In this document: positions 27,301 through 40,062 of the stretch, one piece after another
Numbering within the stretch: the stretch's first letter is position 1
Layout of the letters: the number at the start of each line of letters is the position of its first letter
Source: Yuukianura sp. NJ FZ-2021
Lineage: Eukaryota
DNA length: 64,000 nucleotides
Assembly: GCA_046563655.1 (NCBI GenBank)
Contig: CM102290.1
Coordinates: 8,370,001 to 8,434,000, forward strand
Reading direction: 5' to 3'
Program-made: the position numbers and the translations under genes
The notes under the pieces: model-generated
Database searches by the model: none
The model's input: only the letters and a program-made list of their open reading frames with translations
Told to the model about the DNA's origin: nothing

Positions 27301-30300
27301 TGAATGCGCAACTCAAGATCAATGTGGACAGCCTAGAATTAGAAAGTGTGGGCCCATGTCCAGCAGTATAATTGTGAAACCGCATTGTGCAATTACTGGA
27401 GGCTTAGAATTATTTAACATCAAAATACAGAACAATTAGCACACCCTGTACCTGACAGTTTCATAATTACATTTAGTGCTAATCTTTACAAACTTGTTTT
27501 TGTCATCAACCACTTTCACTCTGTTTCCGCTTTTGCCATAACATGCCGTCATCTTTTCCTTTTCATTTTCAGTCCAAAAAGTTTTTTTTTTTTAAATTTC
27601 ATCTGTATTTTGAAAATTCTGCTCATGCGCGACCCGCACTTTGTGTAGAAAGTGGAATGACGCGACCCTTCACCTTTTCAAACAAGAAAGAACAAAACGT
27701 CAATTGAGAAATTCCATACTCCTAAAAAACTAACCTATAACGTAGTCTAACCTAACCATAAGGTGAATTGATGGCATAGTGTTTATTGGTATTTAAGATC
27801 AAACGGTTGGTGGAGAAGAATGTTGGGGTTTATTGCTTTCTCGTATTATTGAGAGAAAGTTTTCCAAAAAAATGAAAAACAAGGATGGAATATAATCATA
27901 TAAGGGTATTCGGTTTCCAAAAGGAATCCGGAGTCCAATCAAAATTTTGAAAAGTTCATGTGAACTCTCAGATCGTGCTTGGTTGACCTTTGACCTTTTA
28001 ATCCCGAGAAGCAATCAATCTGAGTCTAAACACTAAGCCCAAACACATTTTCCAATTAGGGAAAACACACTTTAGTCCAGGAAGTGAAAGTAGGTGAAAG
28101 CACTGCCTCGTGGGAATACACAGACACCTCCACCATCTGTTGCTCTTTACATACGCTAGATAATTACTTTTTTTGTTTCGTTTTTTTTTCCATTTTTTTT
28201 TTTTCAATTTTGTATTTTTTTATTTCAATTCTGAAAACTTTTGCACAAGGCCGATCTACCGAAAAACTTCAATTTTATCGCCGACTTTCTAGGCTTTCAA
28301 TTTTTGTTTGCTGTTGGGCTTCTGAAATACATTATGCTTGTTTTCTAAGTTTTTTTTTCTTTGAATTTCGAAAACTTCTTTATGTTCAATATGTTCCAAA
28401 ATTGAACTTATATTTGCCGAGTTTCTGACTTTACTGCTTATCGCCAATACGTCACGCTATGTGTGTTTGTATTTTGTAGTTTTATAAATTTTGTTAGTTT
28501 TTAAGGTGCTATTTTTTTTTAAAAACTATTCCTTTGAAATTCGGAAAACATTTGTGCATACACCGTTCTAATAGTTATACCGTATTTTCCCAAATAATAC
28601 ACCCGGTGTACTAATTTTGTTTTAGACTTCTGGGGGTGGTGTACTATTAGGGACCTGGTGTACTATTAGGGACGGTGTATTAAATTCTTTTTCCAAAAAG
28701 CATTTTATTTTTTACTAACCTCTCATTGAAATTACGCAAGAAATATTCGAATTTTGCTTGCAAAAATTTTAAAGAAGCCTCTAAATGTTGTGTATTGTGT
28801 AGAATTACTTGTGTAGGAACAAGATAGAAAGAACATTAATGTTTTTTCTGTTGTATTTAGTTGGTGGATATCCACTTTTTGAGCATTTCGTCCAGGATAT
28901 ATCCACTGGATAAATGGATAAATCCGGATGAAATCCAGTTTCAGATGGACGAAGTTGAGTTTCGTCCGGAAGAAACCAAGAAAATCCGGATATATCCACC
29001 ACTTTCGAGGGAAGTGGAAGAAGTATTTTATCCATCCACCAACACTAATTTAATGAATAGGTAGCTTTTCCAGTAGGCATATACTCAGAGTTGCAGGAAA
29101 TCCACTTTTTCTATATTTCGTCAAAGGGTGCGCATATCAAGAGACGGTTTAAAATGCAAATAAATTATTTTATAATAGTTAACTTAAATTTATTTAAACT
29201 CCGCTGAATTTTTAATTTGTTGCATTCACCGTCCACTACAACCCCATTTATTCTACTGGATATCCGGATGGATTAAGCCACTGGATGTTTAAGCATACAG
29301 CAACACTGGGCATACTCCTTGGGTGTATTACCAAAGACCAAATACCCGGTGTACTATTGGAGACCCGGTGTACTATTTGGGACGGTGTACTAATTAATTT
29401 TTGGGGCCCCGACCCCGGTGTACTATTAGGGACCCGGTGTACTATTAAAGTACGGTGTACTATTAGGGAAAATACGGTAAGTTTCATTTACCGAGTAACT
29501 AACTTCATTGCTTATCGGCTTAACGATAGTTTTGGTTTCATTGTACGGAGTGTTTGGAAAGTTAAGTTCAATTGACTTTGAATTTGAATTTGTTGTAGTG
29601 ATTCGTAGCCAATTTTGGGAACAGGGTATAGTTAAAGCTTAAACAGGAAGAATAGATAAGTAAATAAAAATAAAAGCGTAGGTCAAGTTAATTTTTTAAA
29701 CTTACCGCAAAGGGAAGTGATACTTCCGCTGTCTTCGTGTACAAACTTTTTCGTCACGGCCTCTTCCATGATTTGTTTTACCTAAAAATAATCAGAAGTA
29801 AAACTAAATTTGCACTTCATAAAGGAAAATTAATGTTAAAAGTTAACCAAACTTATAGTTAATTAAGGAAATTTTGAATGAAAGTTAAAGTTGTAATCAG
29901 AAGTGAACCAGGAACGAGGAAACAAGGCAGCTGATGCTCTCATTTCTCAGAATTTTTTTAAAAGGCTAAAAGCATGAAATTTGCCCTTTTTTGACATAAA
30001 CATTAATAAGTCGTTGTTTTTAAAACAGCAAGGAAAAAAACAATTAGTTCTTCGATTGCATATTTCTGGAAAGCAAAAAGAGGAGAAAGCTTCTCTAGGA
30101 AAACAAAAGGCGGCAAAAACTAATTTGAATTTGGCGTCGCCTTTCTCCATATTTTCCCCAAATTACTTTCTGTTGTCTTTGTTCCTTACCTCTTTCTTTA
30201 CTCCTCTGATAAGTTTCTCCTTGTATGCCTTGTCTGCAATAATTAAAAACCAAATTTACACTTGGGAAACATGCATTTTTTTTGAAAATGTCAAACTGAA

Positions 30301-32993
30301 AAAAGTTCAAGAAACTGAGTTTGCCAAAATGTCGACTTCAGTTTGTAAAATTTATAGTCTACTTTAACTTCATTTTGGAAGAAGGAAATGTGCAAGGTGA
30401 CTCAAAATGCTTCCTTGATGATGAGAGTCCTTAACTCAATCAGCCAAGTCAAATATAAAAGTCCTCTGAGGAGCCCTTAAGTGAACGCAGAGAGATAAAA
30501 AGTGACGTCAAGCTTTCAAGTTTCCCCAAAAACTTTCTCTTTTAACTCAAAATTTACCGCGTGGTCCACAATTCCTAACCTCTCCAGCCAAATGTCTCTT
30601 TGAGCGTCGTCTTCCGCCGAATCGAAAAGCCTTTTAACCCAATTTCGGAAAATACGTTTTACCAAGTTTCCTTGACAACCGAATTGTATTTCCTACAACA
30701 AGATGATACAAGATGAACCGGTTTCATTTTTGATAATTTTTTGCAAAGAATTGAAAAACCCGAGTTATTGGACAACCTGTTGTAGAATAAACAATTTGTT
30801 TGTTTACGAACCTAGCGTTTTATCAACAACCAAAACGTTCAGAACATAGTGTACATTAAGTGTTCTGTACAAGATAAGGTTGTTAGGTTTAGAAATGAAA
30901 CCGAAAGTTGAACAACGTTAGACACACGGCTGCTTTCTCCTTGCTTTCACTCCGCTTTGACCTTGAAAAAGTAAAAGGAAAAGGCGGAAAAGAAAATTGA
31001 ATTAGGCGTCAATCTTCCTTCAATCAATTCTAACATTCACCTGTCCAGAAACCCACAGTTCCCGGGAACAAATAACCTAGTCATAATAATCATCAAAGGC
31101 CATAACCTAACATCAAACTAACCTAATCAAAATCACACAACATAATTCAACACAAAGTAACCTCATCAGAAATGACCAGTGGTTACAACATCTTAAGTTT
31201 CACACCAACCTAATCATAATTAACACAACGTCAAATGCTTTAACACAGAACTAACCTGATCATGATATAACACCAAACGCTCAACCTAACCACAAAGTTC
31301 CAACACGTTCCAACTTAACATCTCACTAACTTAAACAAAATCATAACCATGGTTCAACCTACTATTTCGCTAAAACAGCTCATCATCTAATCTACCGTTC
31401 AACATAACTTTCACCAACCTACTCAGAATCTTCCAATATGTTTCGACAACCTAACATTTCACTAGCCTAACCAAAATTACATAATCTCCAGTATGCAGTA
31501 TGCAAATTTCATTAACCTAATCAAAATATAATGTACAAAGGCTCTTAACCTAACACTAACCTAATCGTCTCAACATTTGATGCGCTTACAGACGCAGTAA
31601 CAGAGCTGAAAATATTTACGGAAGTTTAGCAATCTGGATTAAGGAAGTGACAGGTATGTGGCAATAGTGCAGAAACGTTAAAAACACAAAAGGTGCGACG
31701 CCGACGTCACACAGAAAATTTTGCCCAAATTTTGAACCCAGAAAATATCTATTTTGCAGCATTTCGAATTTTGAAAAGCAAAAATATGAAAAAAGTTACC
31801 TGGTGACTCGACCCCCATGTTGTTGACCCCAGCAGATGACTCTGGAAGAGAAGAATGCCGAGTGTGAGACGAGGCGTAGACTGCGTATGCGTACTTGTAC
31901 ATTATGTTTCCGGGTCAAAGGTCAGTTAATTGATTAATTGACTAATCAAAAGTTAGCTAACAATTTACCAAACTATTCAAGGTCAAGAACAAAAGCTTTT
32001 CTGAAAAGTTTTCGTCCAATAAGAAACGAATTTAAACAATTTTCTACTTTTTCCTAAACAACAAATTTGTTGTTCCTAGCGACAGATTGGTACTATCGAG
32101 ACGACCATTGACATTTTTTCAAAATTTTGAAATTTCCGGATTCTCTACTTTTCAAAATTTGAAAAAACGTTAAGACCAAGAGCACAACTTCAGTTACGTC
32201 TTGTTCGTTGGAGTGTCTAGGAGCAAGTGAAAGTTGGTGAGAAGAAAGTAGGGTTTCTTACAGGTAGTTGTGTGGAGGGAGACTGCAGGGAGCTCATGTA
32301 ACCTTGAGCTGACCCCCTTTCTCCTAGCGATAGGCTTTCTAGTCTTCCAGCGATAGGCTTTGTAGCACTGGAGCAATAAACCAAATCGCTTCAAAAACAC
32401 TCAGAAGCAGCCCATGATTTACAAGACACTTAATCAAACAAACAGACTTCAACACGAAGGCTTAAAGCGATTTGCAACCCCCGGGGGATAAAATGTTATG
32501 ACCCACATTGCCTAAAACTTATAAGCGTTCCGATCACGTTTCCGTACGAAACGTTTCATGTACCGTTTCGTCAATGGCATTTTGCTGCAAACGGTTTTCC
32601 TTAGAAATACTGTTTCAGTACTGTTTCTATTTCGTTTTGACACAAAAAAAAATTCCACTTCGTTTTTGAAAGAAACGCGTTCCCCTATGCAACGTTTCAA
32701 TTACCGTTCCGGGAAAATTCGTTTTGGGTTAAAAACGTTTTGATTTCGTTTCGGTATTTCAAAATTTTCCGTTTGGCGTAAACCGTTTCACTTTCGATTT
32801 TTGTGTCAAATCCACTCACGTGCTTTCTTGAAATGTGCTTGGAATTTAGAAGTAATTACATAAAAAGTGCAATTACTTGAAGGTAATTACATGAAATTTG
32901 TAACTAATTGACTAATCGTAAGTACTGGAACTGGAAAGAAGACGAAGATGTTGCCGCGTTACCTCTTCTGTAGCGACTGAGGAGGTTCATCAT
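20585..32993 (-). CDS. SGSM: Small G protein signalling modulator (RUN + Rab-GAP TBC domain)
   Basis: RUN start [24 protein letters not shown] (29781-29706); [60 protein letters not shown] motifs [12 protein letters not shown] and [21 protein letters not shown]; last exon [16 protein letters not shown]...IEDK* ending at 20585. The 5' exons (32993-32963, ~31852-31800, ~30630-30580) are tentative. Confidence 0.9.
21303..21365. repeat. (CAT/ATG)21 microsatellite filling an SGSM intron
   Basis: 21 triplets with one CAC interruption, between the donor (~21384) and acceptor (~21292). Confidence 0.95.
26681..27133. mobile_element. piggyBac-type MITE in SGSM intron
   Basis: TTAA|CCCGTATATGGCCGT ... 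ACGGCCATATACAGG|TTAA: 15-bp TIR with one mismatch, TTAA TSD, internal GGGTACCACT repeated; no ORF. Confidence 0.85.
28580..29477. mobile_element. Tc1/mariner-pogo-type MITE (TA TSD) in SGSM intron
   Basis: TA|CCGTATTTTCCCAAATAATACACC ... GGTGTACTATTAGGGAAAATACGG|TA, with subterminal GGTGTACTA(T/A)T repeats at both ends. Confidence 0.85.
28858..29047. mobile_element. Small inverted-repeat element nested inside the TA-MITE
   Basis: Left TAGTTGGTGGATAT versus right ATCCACCAACACTA; internal GGATATATCCAC/ATCCGGAT palindromic words; TSD not evident. Confidence 0.5.
31080..31570. repeat. Degenerate AACCTAA(C/T) A/C-rich repeat array
   Basis: Many spaced aacctaa words with strong G depletion on the + strand. 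Confidence 0.55.
32520..32790. repeat. CGTTT/CGTTC-rich degenerate repeat, probably an old MITE remnant
   Basis: More than 12 (C)CGTTT(C)-like words in 270 bp. Confidence 0.45.
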
Positions 32994-33786
32994 GATTCCA
33001 GCCCTTGTTGGACTCGTCGTTAGCAGTGGTCCAGAACTGCCGGACGATGGACACCGCAGCAGGAGGTGGTGGTTGAAGTGGACCACCGTTGTCTCGTAAC
33101 CATGTCACTTCCTAATCCGTAGCTGTACTTACACTACAACCACTTAACACGTTCTCTAACCCAATTCAACCAAACACATTGCACTTAACTGTTATTGGTT
33201 ACCACTTTCACACATTTACATTCAGTTTCACTTTAGGAAACCAAGAGTGAACCATTAAGGTTTAGAATCTTTTGTCCCGCTGACAGTTACTTGTGCCAAC
33301 TTGGACTCGCCTGGGCTCCCTTCCAGAACATCCAGAATCCTCCAAAACCGCAAAAAGCAGGAGGAGTCTCTGCTGCCTTCCAGAATCGATCCGACCAGCT
33401 ATTCTTTTTTTCATTCTCCCTTGGTTCAATTGGAACAAGAACCGAAGTTAGAGTGGAAAAAAGCTTCCAGGACAGCAGGACACACTCGTCACATACTTTA
33501 GAGTTTTGGCTGCAATAAGGATGATGACAGGAGGTTGGGTTAGGCCATTAATATTAACTACCCTGGAACATGTAGGATCCACTATACGACCCATGCCAGA
33601 AAGTTTAGTTTGTGTATCCTTGAGTCCTAAAACCACAATCCATATTTTATTAATTAAGAATCCATGGAGTATAAAGAGGTCATTATCATCTCTCGACTGG
33701 AAAGTGACAGACTCTGGATAGTGATGGTAATGGCTGTACTTAATCAGGCTCTGGATCGTGATGGTGATGGTGATGGCTGTACTTAA

Positions 33787-36700
33787 TCAGAGTCTCTTCT
33801 TAATCAGCTTCTCCAATTTTTTAATCCGAGAGCTCTCCGCACTTGTCCCTTGAGATAACCCATCGGTTCCAGAAGATCCTGGAGACAAGGCTCCTCTCAG
33901 CCCTCCGCCACCAGCCTTCGTCTTGAATTCTTCCAGAACTGGGCCCTGCTCAGGCCGCTTGAGTCCTTTCATCTCTAGGATTTTCGTAAATTCAGTCACG
34001 TCTGCATCTGGTACTAATTTACAGCAGTGGTCCACAAATGCCCCAACATCCTCAACAGGCGTCATTACGACTTTCAAAATCATCTCAATTCGCCCCATCT
34101 CAGTCACGATTAGTTTGCTGTATCTGAAAACACATAAATTTACATCATTCAATTTCCTCCCCTTTTTGTTGTCGAAATGTTTTTGTTTGCTTCACTTGTC
34201 TGGCGGTTTCCTTTTGACTGTCAAACTAATTGAAGGAAGGTCAAGAAGAGCCGTCTTGAGACTCTGCGTATCCAAAAGCAGTTGCTCAGCTCCAGTTTTG
34301 CTAACGTTTTTGCACTTGTGCAACATCGACAGGAATTTGGTCATAAAGAGTCTGCAAAATTCCAAACATGAAATTACATTCCAACCACGGTCGGATCATT
34401 CTCAAGAATTGGTCAACTCCCACACAAACTCATTAAATTCAGAACATCTCAATTAATCCTGTAGAATTCCTATGCTAAAGCAGACCTCTCCACCCAATTA
34501 GTCTCAAGACATAAAAGAATTCAAGTCATCTTGATCTATTGAACAAAGGCGAAGTACTATTCATAGCAACCTAACCTGAAAAAAAAACATCGGAGTTTTT
34601 CTACTGAATAAGCGATGAGCGAAAAAACGAACGTTTTTGCAGAAATCTCGCATCACCCCAACGCCATTCGAAATTCTTTGTAGAACAAAAGAAAGCAAAT
34701 AACTAAAAAAAAAGTTCGAAGTTTGAAATGAATTATTAAAAAGTAGAAAGCGTTCATAATTGCTTTTTTAGTTTCTTTTTTAAATGTTATTTCATAAATT
34801 AATTTGAAACATTTTAAACTTTGTTCACACAATCTTGAATGTAGTTGGGGCGATGTGACATCTCTGCAAAAACGTTCGTTTTTTTTTCGCTGATCGCTCA
34901 GTAGAAAAATTCCACTGTTTTTTTTTTAGGTTAGTTTGCTGCGAACAGTATTTGAATAGTTTCACTCACTTGGCAAACTGTTGACAGAAGAGCACAAAAT
35001 ACTTGCGAGAAGTTCCTAGAAAATCACGTAGTGTTGGAACAGTGGCTTTCCATTGAGATGTGATTGTGGAAATGTAACTACTTTGATCGCCAACAGCTTC
35101 AAGTACTTGCCAATTGGTCTAGAAAAATTTCCAAATCTTCAAGAATTTTCAACCTTTTATTTAAATCTATCTTTTCGATTATGAATTCCTGCCGTTACCT
35201 TATGCATGGAAGTCAGGACGGGTTCACAAGCTGAAAACAGGTCCTGGACAAAGAGGCCTACACACATCTCAATCACGTCCATAAACAAGCGTTTCTCCGT
35301 CTCCATATTGAGTTTTGGCGCCAAAGCTTTCAGCTTTTCACGTAATTTTTCCTCAAGTTGTTGAATAGTTTCCACACAATACTCACCAGTAGTGAGAATA
35401 CTACGACAAAAGAAAACAAAGGTCACCTCAAAGGTCAAAGATTCAGTTCAAACTTGGGAAATCTTGAAAAGTGTCCCATACCAAGAAATTTTGTAAAGTT
35501 CTTGTCTGGTAAATCGAACTGCTTCGCCTTCCTTGAGCAACGACTGGAAGTTTTGAATGAGGCCAGAAGTACTGAGCTCACGAAGTTCACGACTCAGTAC
35601 GGAAACGGAAGCCATCGGAGCAGAGGTCATGGTCACCCTAAAAATTAAACAACGTACACGTAAAAGCGTCAATGTTACGCAAAAACGTAAATTGTGAAAC
35701 GCACTTTGGTAAATTTGCCTGCAGGATCCGGGTAGCGTATTCTCTTAGACGTTTACTAAAGACATCGGCCAGGTTGAGCAGTGGTTCACCGCAACTCAGC
35801 TGTGTGCATTGTACCAAACATTTTTTATAAAACACGAATCTAAGAAAATTGAAAAATTATGTTCGTACGCTTTAGAGTTAAAAGAAATTGGATTATTTAA
35901 AAACTTACAAGTCAGCACAATTTGATAGCACGATGCCACTGGGTTCTGGTCCCTGCGGTGTAGGGAATCCACCAGTACGTAATTCTCCTACGAACTTTTC
36001 AATCAATTCGCCTAGGTTTCTAAAAAAGTGTTAAATTTTCTTTTACATTTTCCAAATTCCATTTTCAACAATTTGTGAACTTACTTGTCTTGACTGTCGA
36101 TGTAAATGTATAGAAAGGGGTCAAATGCTTGTGTAATTATTCGATCAAACTTGTTAACGATTATCCGTTTCTCAATAGTTGGAACGGAGACTCGTTTCTT
36201 TTCCAGAAACGGATTCGTGTCATCTCCATTGCCACTTAGAAACGGATTTCTGGAATCCTCTTCTAAAATATTTCCTCCAAATCTTAGAAAAAGTAAATTT
36301 TCAAATCCACATGTTTTCTGAATTGCCGTAAGCAGCAGCTTGACGTCAATTTCCCTCCGTCTCTTGCCCATGACACGTGACAAGTCCTCCCTCGTCTGAT
36401 GGCAAAATTGAAGAGCTATCCTCTGTGATACTTCCCAATGCAGTGGAAATACTGGACCGTAACGTTCTTCAAATTGTATCAAATGCTTCTTCAACCAAGC
36501 GAACCTTTTGTCAATCTAAAAAAGAAGTTCAGCTATAAAATGATTAACTTGACACGTGAAATTAGCATGAAGTTTGACAAACCTTGTCCAACCACGCAGA
36601 ATCTTCATTTTCTTCATAGAGGAGAGTGTACTCTTGAAGTTGCGTTTGAACAAACCACTGTAAAAGTTCGTGTTTGATATGCAAGTCCAGCACATCCAGC

Positions 36701-37483
36701 ACCAAGCAAGCCTCGCTCATTTGCGTAACGTTTATAGAACCGTTTGGCGAAAATGATTCACGAAACTCCAACGAAATCTGATCTCCAAGTTCCTTCTTGA
36801 TTTCTGAAACCTGAATAAACAATTGTATTAGAAATCTAATTAGAAATTGTTGTAAGTTGTAAGACCAGAGATGTATCCAGCATAATGACTCCGCACCTTA
36901 TACGAAAGTTCCGACACTTGTGGAATGCTATTGTAGTGGTCAAAGTGTTCGACGACGTTGGCCACTCCTTGAAGTAAATTTGCTGTATCACCGTACTGAC
37001 GTTTCCTTACAAGCATACTGTAACAAACAAGAATCGAAAGTCAGCATCAGCTTATTTTCAATTGCATTAATCGATGAATTTTTCACCAACTTACTTTAAT
37101 GTTTCCACTCCAGCGACTAGCATATTCAAATGATTCAGGGTTTTGATGGCTTCTGTGAGATTCTTCTTGGCAGTATCCAACTGTCGAATGTCTCTCGTCA
37201 TGTCTCTAACTGCCAATTCACTTTGTTCAGCCCTTCCTCGCATATCCAGAACTTTGGCCACGAGAGCCTCAATTGAGGCTTGAGCTCTCGCCAGTACTGT
37301 AACACCATCTTGATCCGGTCGTCCTGTTTGATCACGCACAAATTCCCGAATTCCTCGGTCAATCGTAAAAATTTCATTTTCTAGCGAGCTAATTACATCA
37401 CTCAAACCGGCTAGTGACTGTTCCGTTGGAAAGGCGTTGTTGATGTATGCTACGACGTCAAAGTCTTCACCCTCGGCGGCCAT
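33787..37483 (-). CDS. VPS53: Vacuolar protein sorting 53 (GARP/EARP subunit)
   Basis: [18 protein letters not shown]...[84 protein letters not shown]-terminus [15 protein letters not shown]. Confidence 0.95.
34555..34950. mobile_element. TA-flanked MITE with ~110-bp imperfect TIRs in VPS53 intron
   Basis: TACTATTCATAGCAACCTAACCT...GCGAAAAAACGAACGTTTTTGCAGA...CCCCAAC mirrored by GTTGGGG...TCTGCAAAAACGTTCGTTTTTTTTCGC...AGGTTAGTTTGCTGCGAACAGTA. Confidence 0.85.
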
Positions 37484-38660
37484 TGTTACTACAATCTACT
37501 TTAACATTGAATTAAACTAATTTCTACCTTAAACTAATTAACTTGAGATAAATCTACCAATTTTTTTAAGGTAATTCAATATTTCCAAATGAAAATGACA
37601 TTTTCAAAAAACAGCAGATGAAGTAAATAAAAAATGTAAACAGGTGGAGGAGCCCCAGGAGGTAGCAAAACTCGGAACGGAAAATGCACTTGACTAAATG
37701 AGATTTGCAATACACTTTTATTTCATCCTTCTCGTACTTGCCTCTGATAATTAGATTATTACGATGTTATACTTTTGATCTATCTCAATAATTGTTAAAT
37801 CCTTAATTTTTAATTACTAAAACTTTAATTTTAACACTACTCATGCATTAAATTATTGTTACTTTGTATTGTTTTGCAATTTTTGTATTTCGTAATTTGG
37901 CACAATGTTATTCCACAAAATTTAATTTTGGTTTTGGCGGGCAATAAATCCAACGCTGTTGAGACACTACCAAAAATTATTAAATTCCTTAAAATGTATG
38001 ACATTAAAAATTTTAAAAACTACGTTAGGTAAACGTTACATTAACAAACTTAAAGGTAACATTTACCTAACGTTAAGTTAAAGTGGCAAGTATAGTAATA
38101 GCGGAACACAACTCTGTTTGAACAGTGTTCATGCGTTTTAAAATTTCCTCCATTTTCCCTAAACTTCGCTATTTTCCTAGCTGCTCTCTTCCTAATCTGC
38201 TTGCATCTGGGAAACAACACAAGATCCAAGCCGGTATTAAGATACATTCTGGACTAGCCTCCATATGTAAGTTCCTCCTCCTGTTCAATTGTTTGGCATT
38301 TGGCACGCTATTTTAGTCGTATCCGACCCGATGGTATCCCTCTGCTGAAGATACACAACCACTCTCGCTCTACGGTTTCTAACTAAAACTCTGCAGCACG
38401 GTAAGGGGTATAACATTTTCACAACCTCTTCTGCATTCTGGCTCTCGGGATCTCCTTTCTAACGGTACGACGGTAAGGATATAACACTTTTCCCCCAGTA
38501 AAACGGCGTGTGTGGGCTCTTGTGCTATAACTTTTTGGTTCGGGTGTACTAGGTAAAGCTTTCTGTAAGCATGAATTCAGTTGAATCAGGAGTTGAGTTT
38601 GGGAGAGACCGCATCGTTGTTCGTGGTCGTGGACGTGGTTGTGGAATCAAAAAGCGAGAC

Positions 38661-40062
38661 ATGATGGCAGGAAGGTAAGGAATTGTCACTCTACTAAATT
38701 GCAGCGAAAATAATTGGTGTGACAAAACTCCCTTACTGTTTAACAGTGTCTTCCTGACGTCCTTTAGGTACAACGACGGAGGTCCAAACAAAGGTTTTGG
38801 TGACCATGGGTCGAAGCAGCAAGCTCCCTTCACTGCATACGTTGGAAACTTACCGAAACACATCAGCCAGGGGGATATTGACCGGCTTTTTGCAACGCTA
38901 ACGAAGGCAAGTTTACTAAATTTTTGCAAAGGCTGGTTGCCAGTAACCACTTGGTAGGGCTTGAGTAGGCAAATCTTCAGTGGAGCGAACTCACCGTAAT
39001 TGCCTGGTGCGTTTCAACCAAGCAAGCTCGAACCGGCTTTGGTTTATCCTGGAAGAGTAGTGCGCAGTTATAACAGTTACAATTAGTGTACAGTGTACAG
39101 TAGTAAGGGATAAGTTATATACGAAGATGAGGCAGGATACTTCTGTAACGTGCAGAACTGGCAGACAACAACTTGATAATACTCGTGAAGCTGGAGAAAT
39201 TACTAAATTCATTTGTTTTTGTTTCCCTTATAGCCGAAATCCATCCGTCTGGTTTACGATAGGGAGACCGAAAGATTCAAGGGATTTTGTTATGTCGAAT
39301 TCGAAGATGCTGATACGCTGCATCGGGCGCTCAGTCTCAATGGTTCTATAATCGATGGAAATCAAATCAAGGTAAGGTCAAATCACTTCAAAAGTTATTT
39401 TGAGTGTTAACGCATTTGTGTTTAAAGATATTTTTGTTTCGTTTTTCAGATTGACATAGCCGATGGACGAAGGGGAGGCGACCGTGGTGGAGGCAGAGGA
39501 GGTCGCGGTGGGGGGATGTACCGCGGTGGCGGTGGTGGGTTTCCTCCAATGGGGGGTTACGGAGGTGGTGGCGGCTACGGTGATCAGCATCCTCCTTTTC
39601 CCGACGAATCCTACATGAAACCAAGAAGAGGCGGCTATGGAGGTGGAGGTCGCGGTGGTGGCCGCGGAGGTTACTCTAATTTCAGTTCAGATCGCCCACC
39701 CCGTGGGGGCGGAGAGTCAAGGTCCTTTGACGGACGGCACCGAAGAGATTCGGACAGGTCTATAGGCGAGCAACAGTTTAGAGAGCCTACCGCAGGTAAC
39801 GATTCAAATCACATCAAGACCCAAATGCTGGAACTGTTGAAATTGTCTAAAATGTGCTTCTTGTTTGGAATTTGTAGAAGAACTGGCTGGTAGAAAGCGG
39901 TTGAACCTACTGCCGAGAACAGTTTCCGAACCAGTGAATGCTCTTGCAAGTAGTAGCCAGGCATCCCATATCTTTGGTGGTGCGAGACCTCGGGAGGAGG
40001 TATTACGTACAAAAGAAGATGACAAGTCTACTACAAGTGAAGAGAACATGGGTGGAGCCTAA
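38661..40062 (+). CDS. eIF4H: Translation initiation factor eIF4H (RRM + RGG region)
   Basis: Exons 38661-38674, 38768-38906, 39234-39371, 39450-39795 and 39878-40062. Motifs: PFTAYVGNLP (RNP2), RLVYDRETERFKGFCYVEF (RNP1), RGG-rich segment, RKRLNLLPRTV, SHIFGGARPREE. Confidence 0.93.
38926..39200 (+). ncRNA. Candidate structured intronic RNA (snoRNA-like or regulatory) in eIF4H intron 2
   Basis: Nested complementary segments AAGGCTGGTT/AACCGGCTTT, CTTGGT/ACCAAG, AGGCAA/TTGCCT and GAG-CGAA-CTC; further stems TTATCC/GGATAA and TTCTGTA/TGCAGAA; AGAGTA fits an H box (ANANNA). Folded by eye only. Confidence 0.4.

Noticed and set aside
29947..30367. Several 67-128 aa ORFs in the SGSM 5' introns
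   Set aside because: Lys/Phe-rich translations of A/T tracts with no domain signal.
33923..34456. 177-aa plus-strand ORF
   Set aside because: Antisense to well-supported VPS53 exons.
38907..39233. RNase P or MRP RNA as a firm identity for the eIF4H intronic structure
   Set aside because: Canonical CR-I/CR-V P4 sequences were not found; only weak partial complementarities. Left as unidentified.
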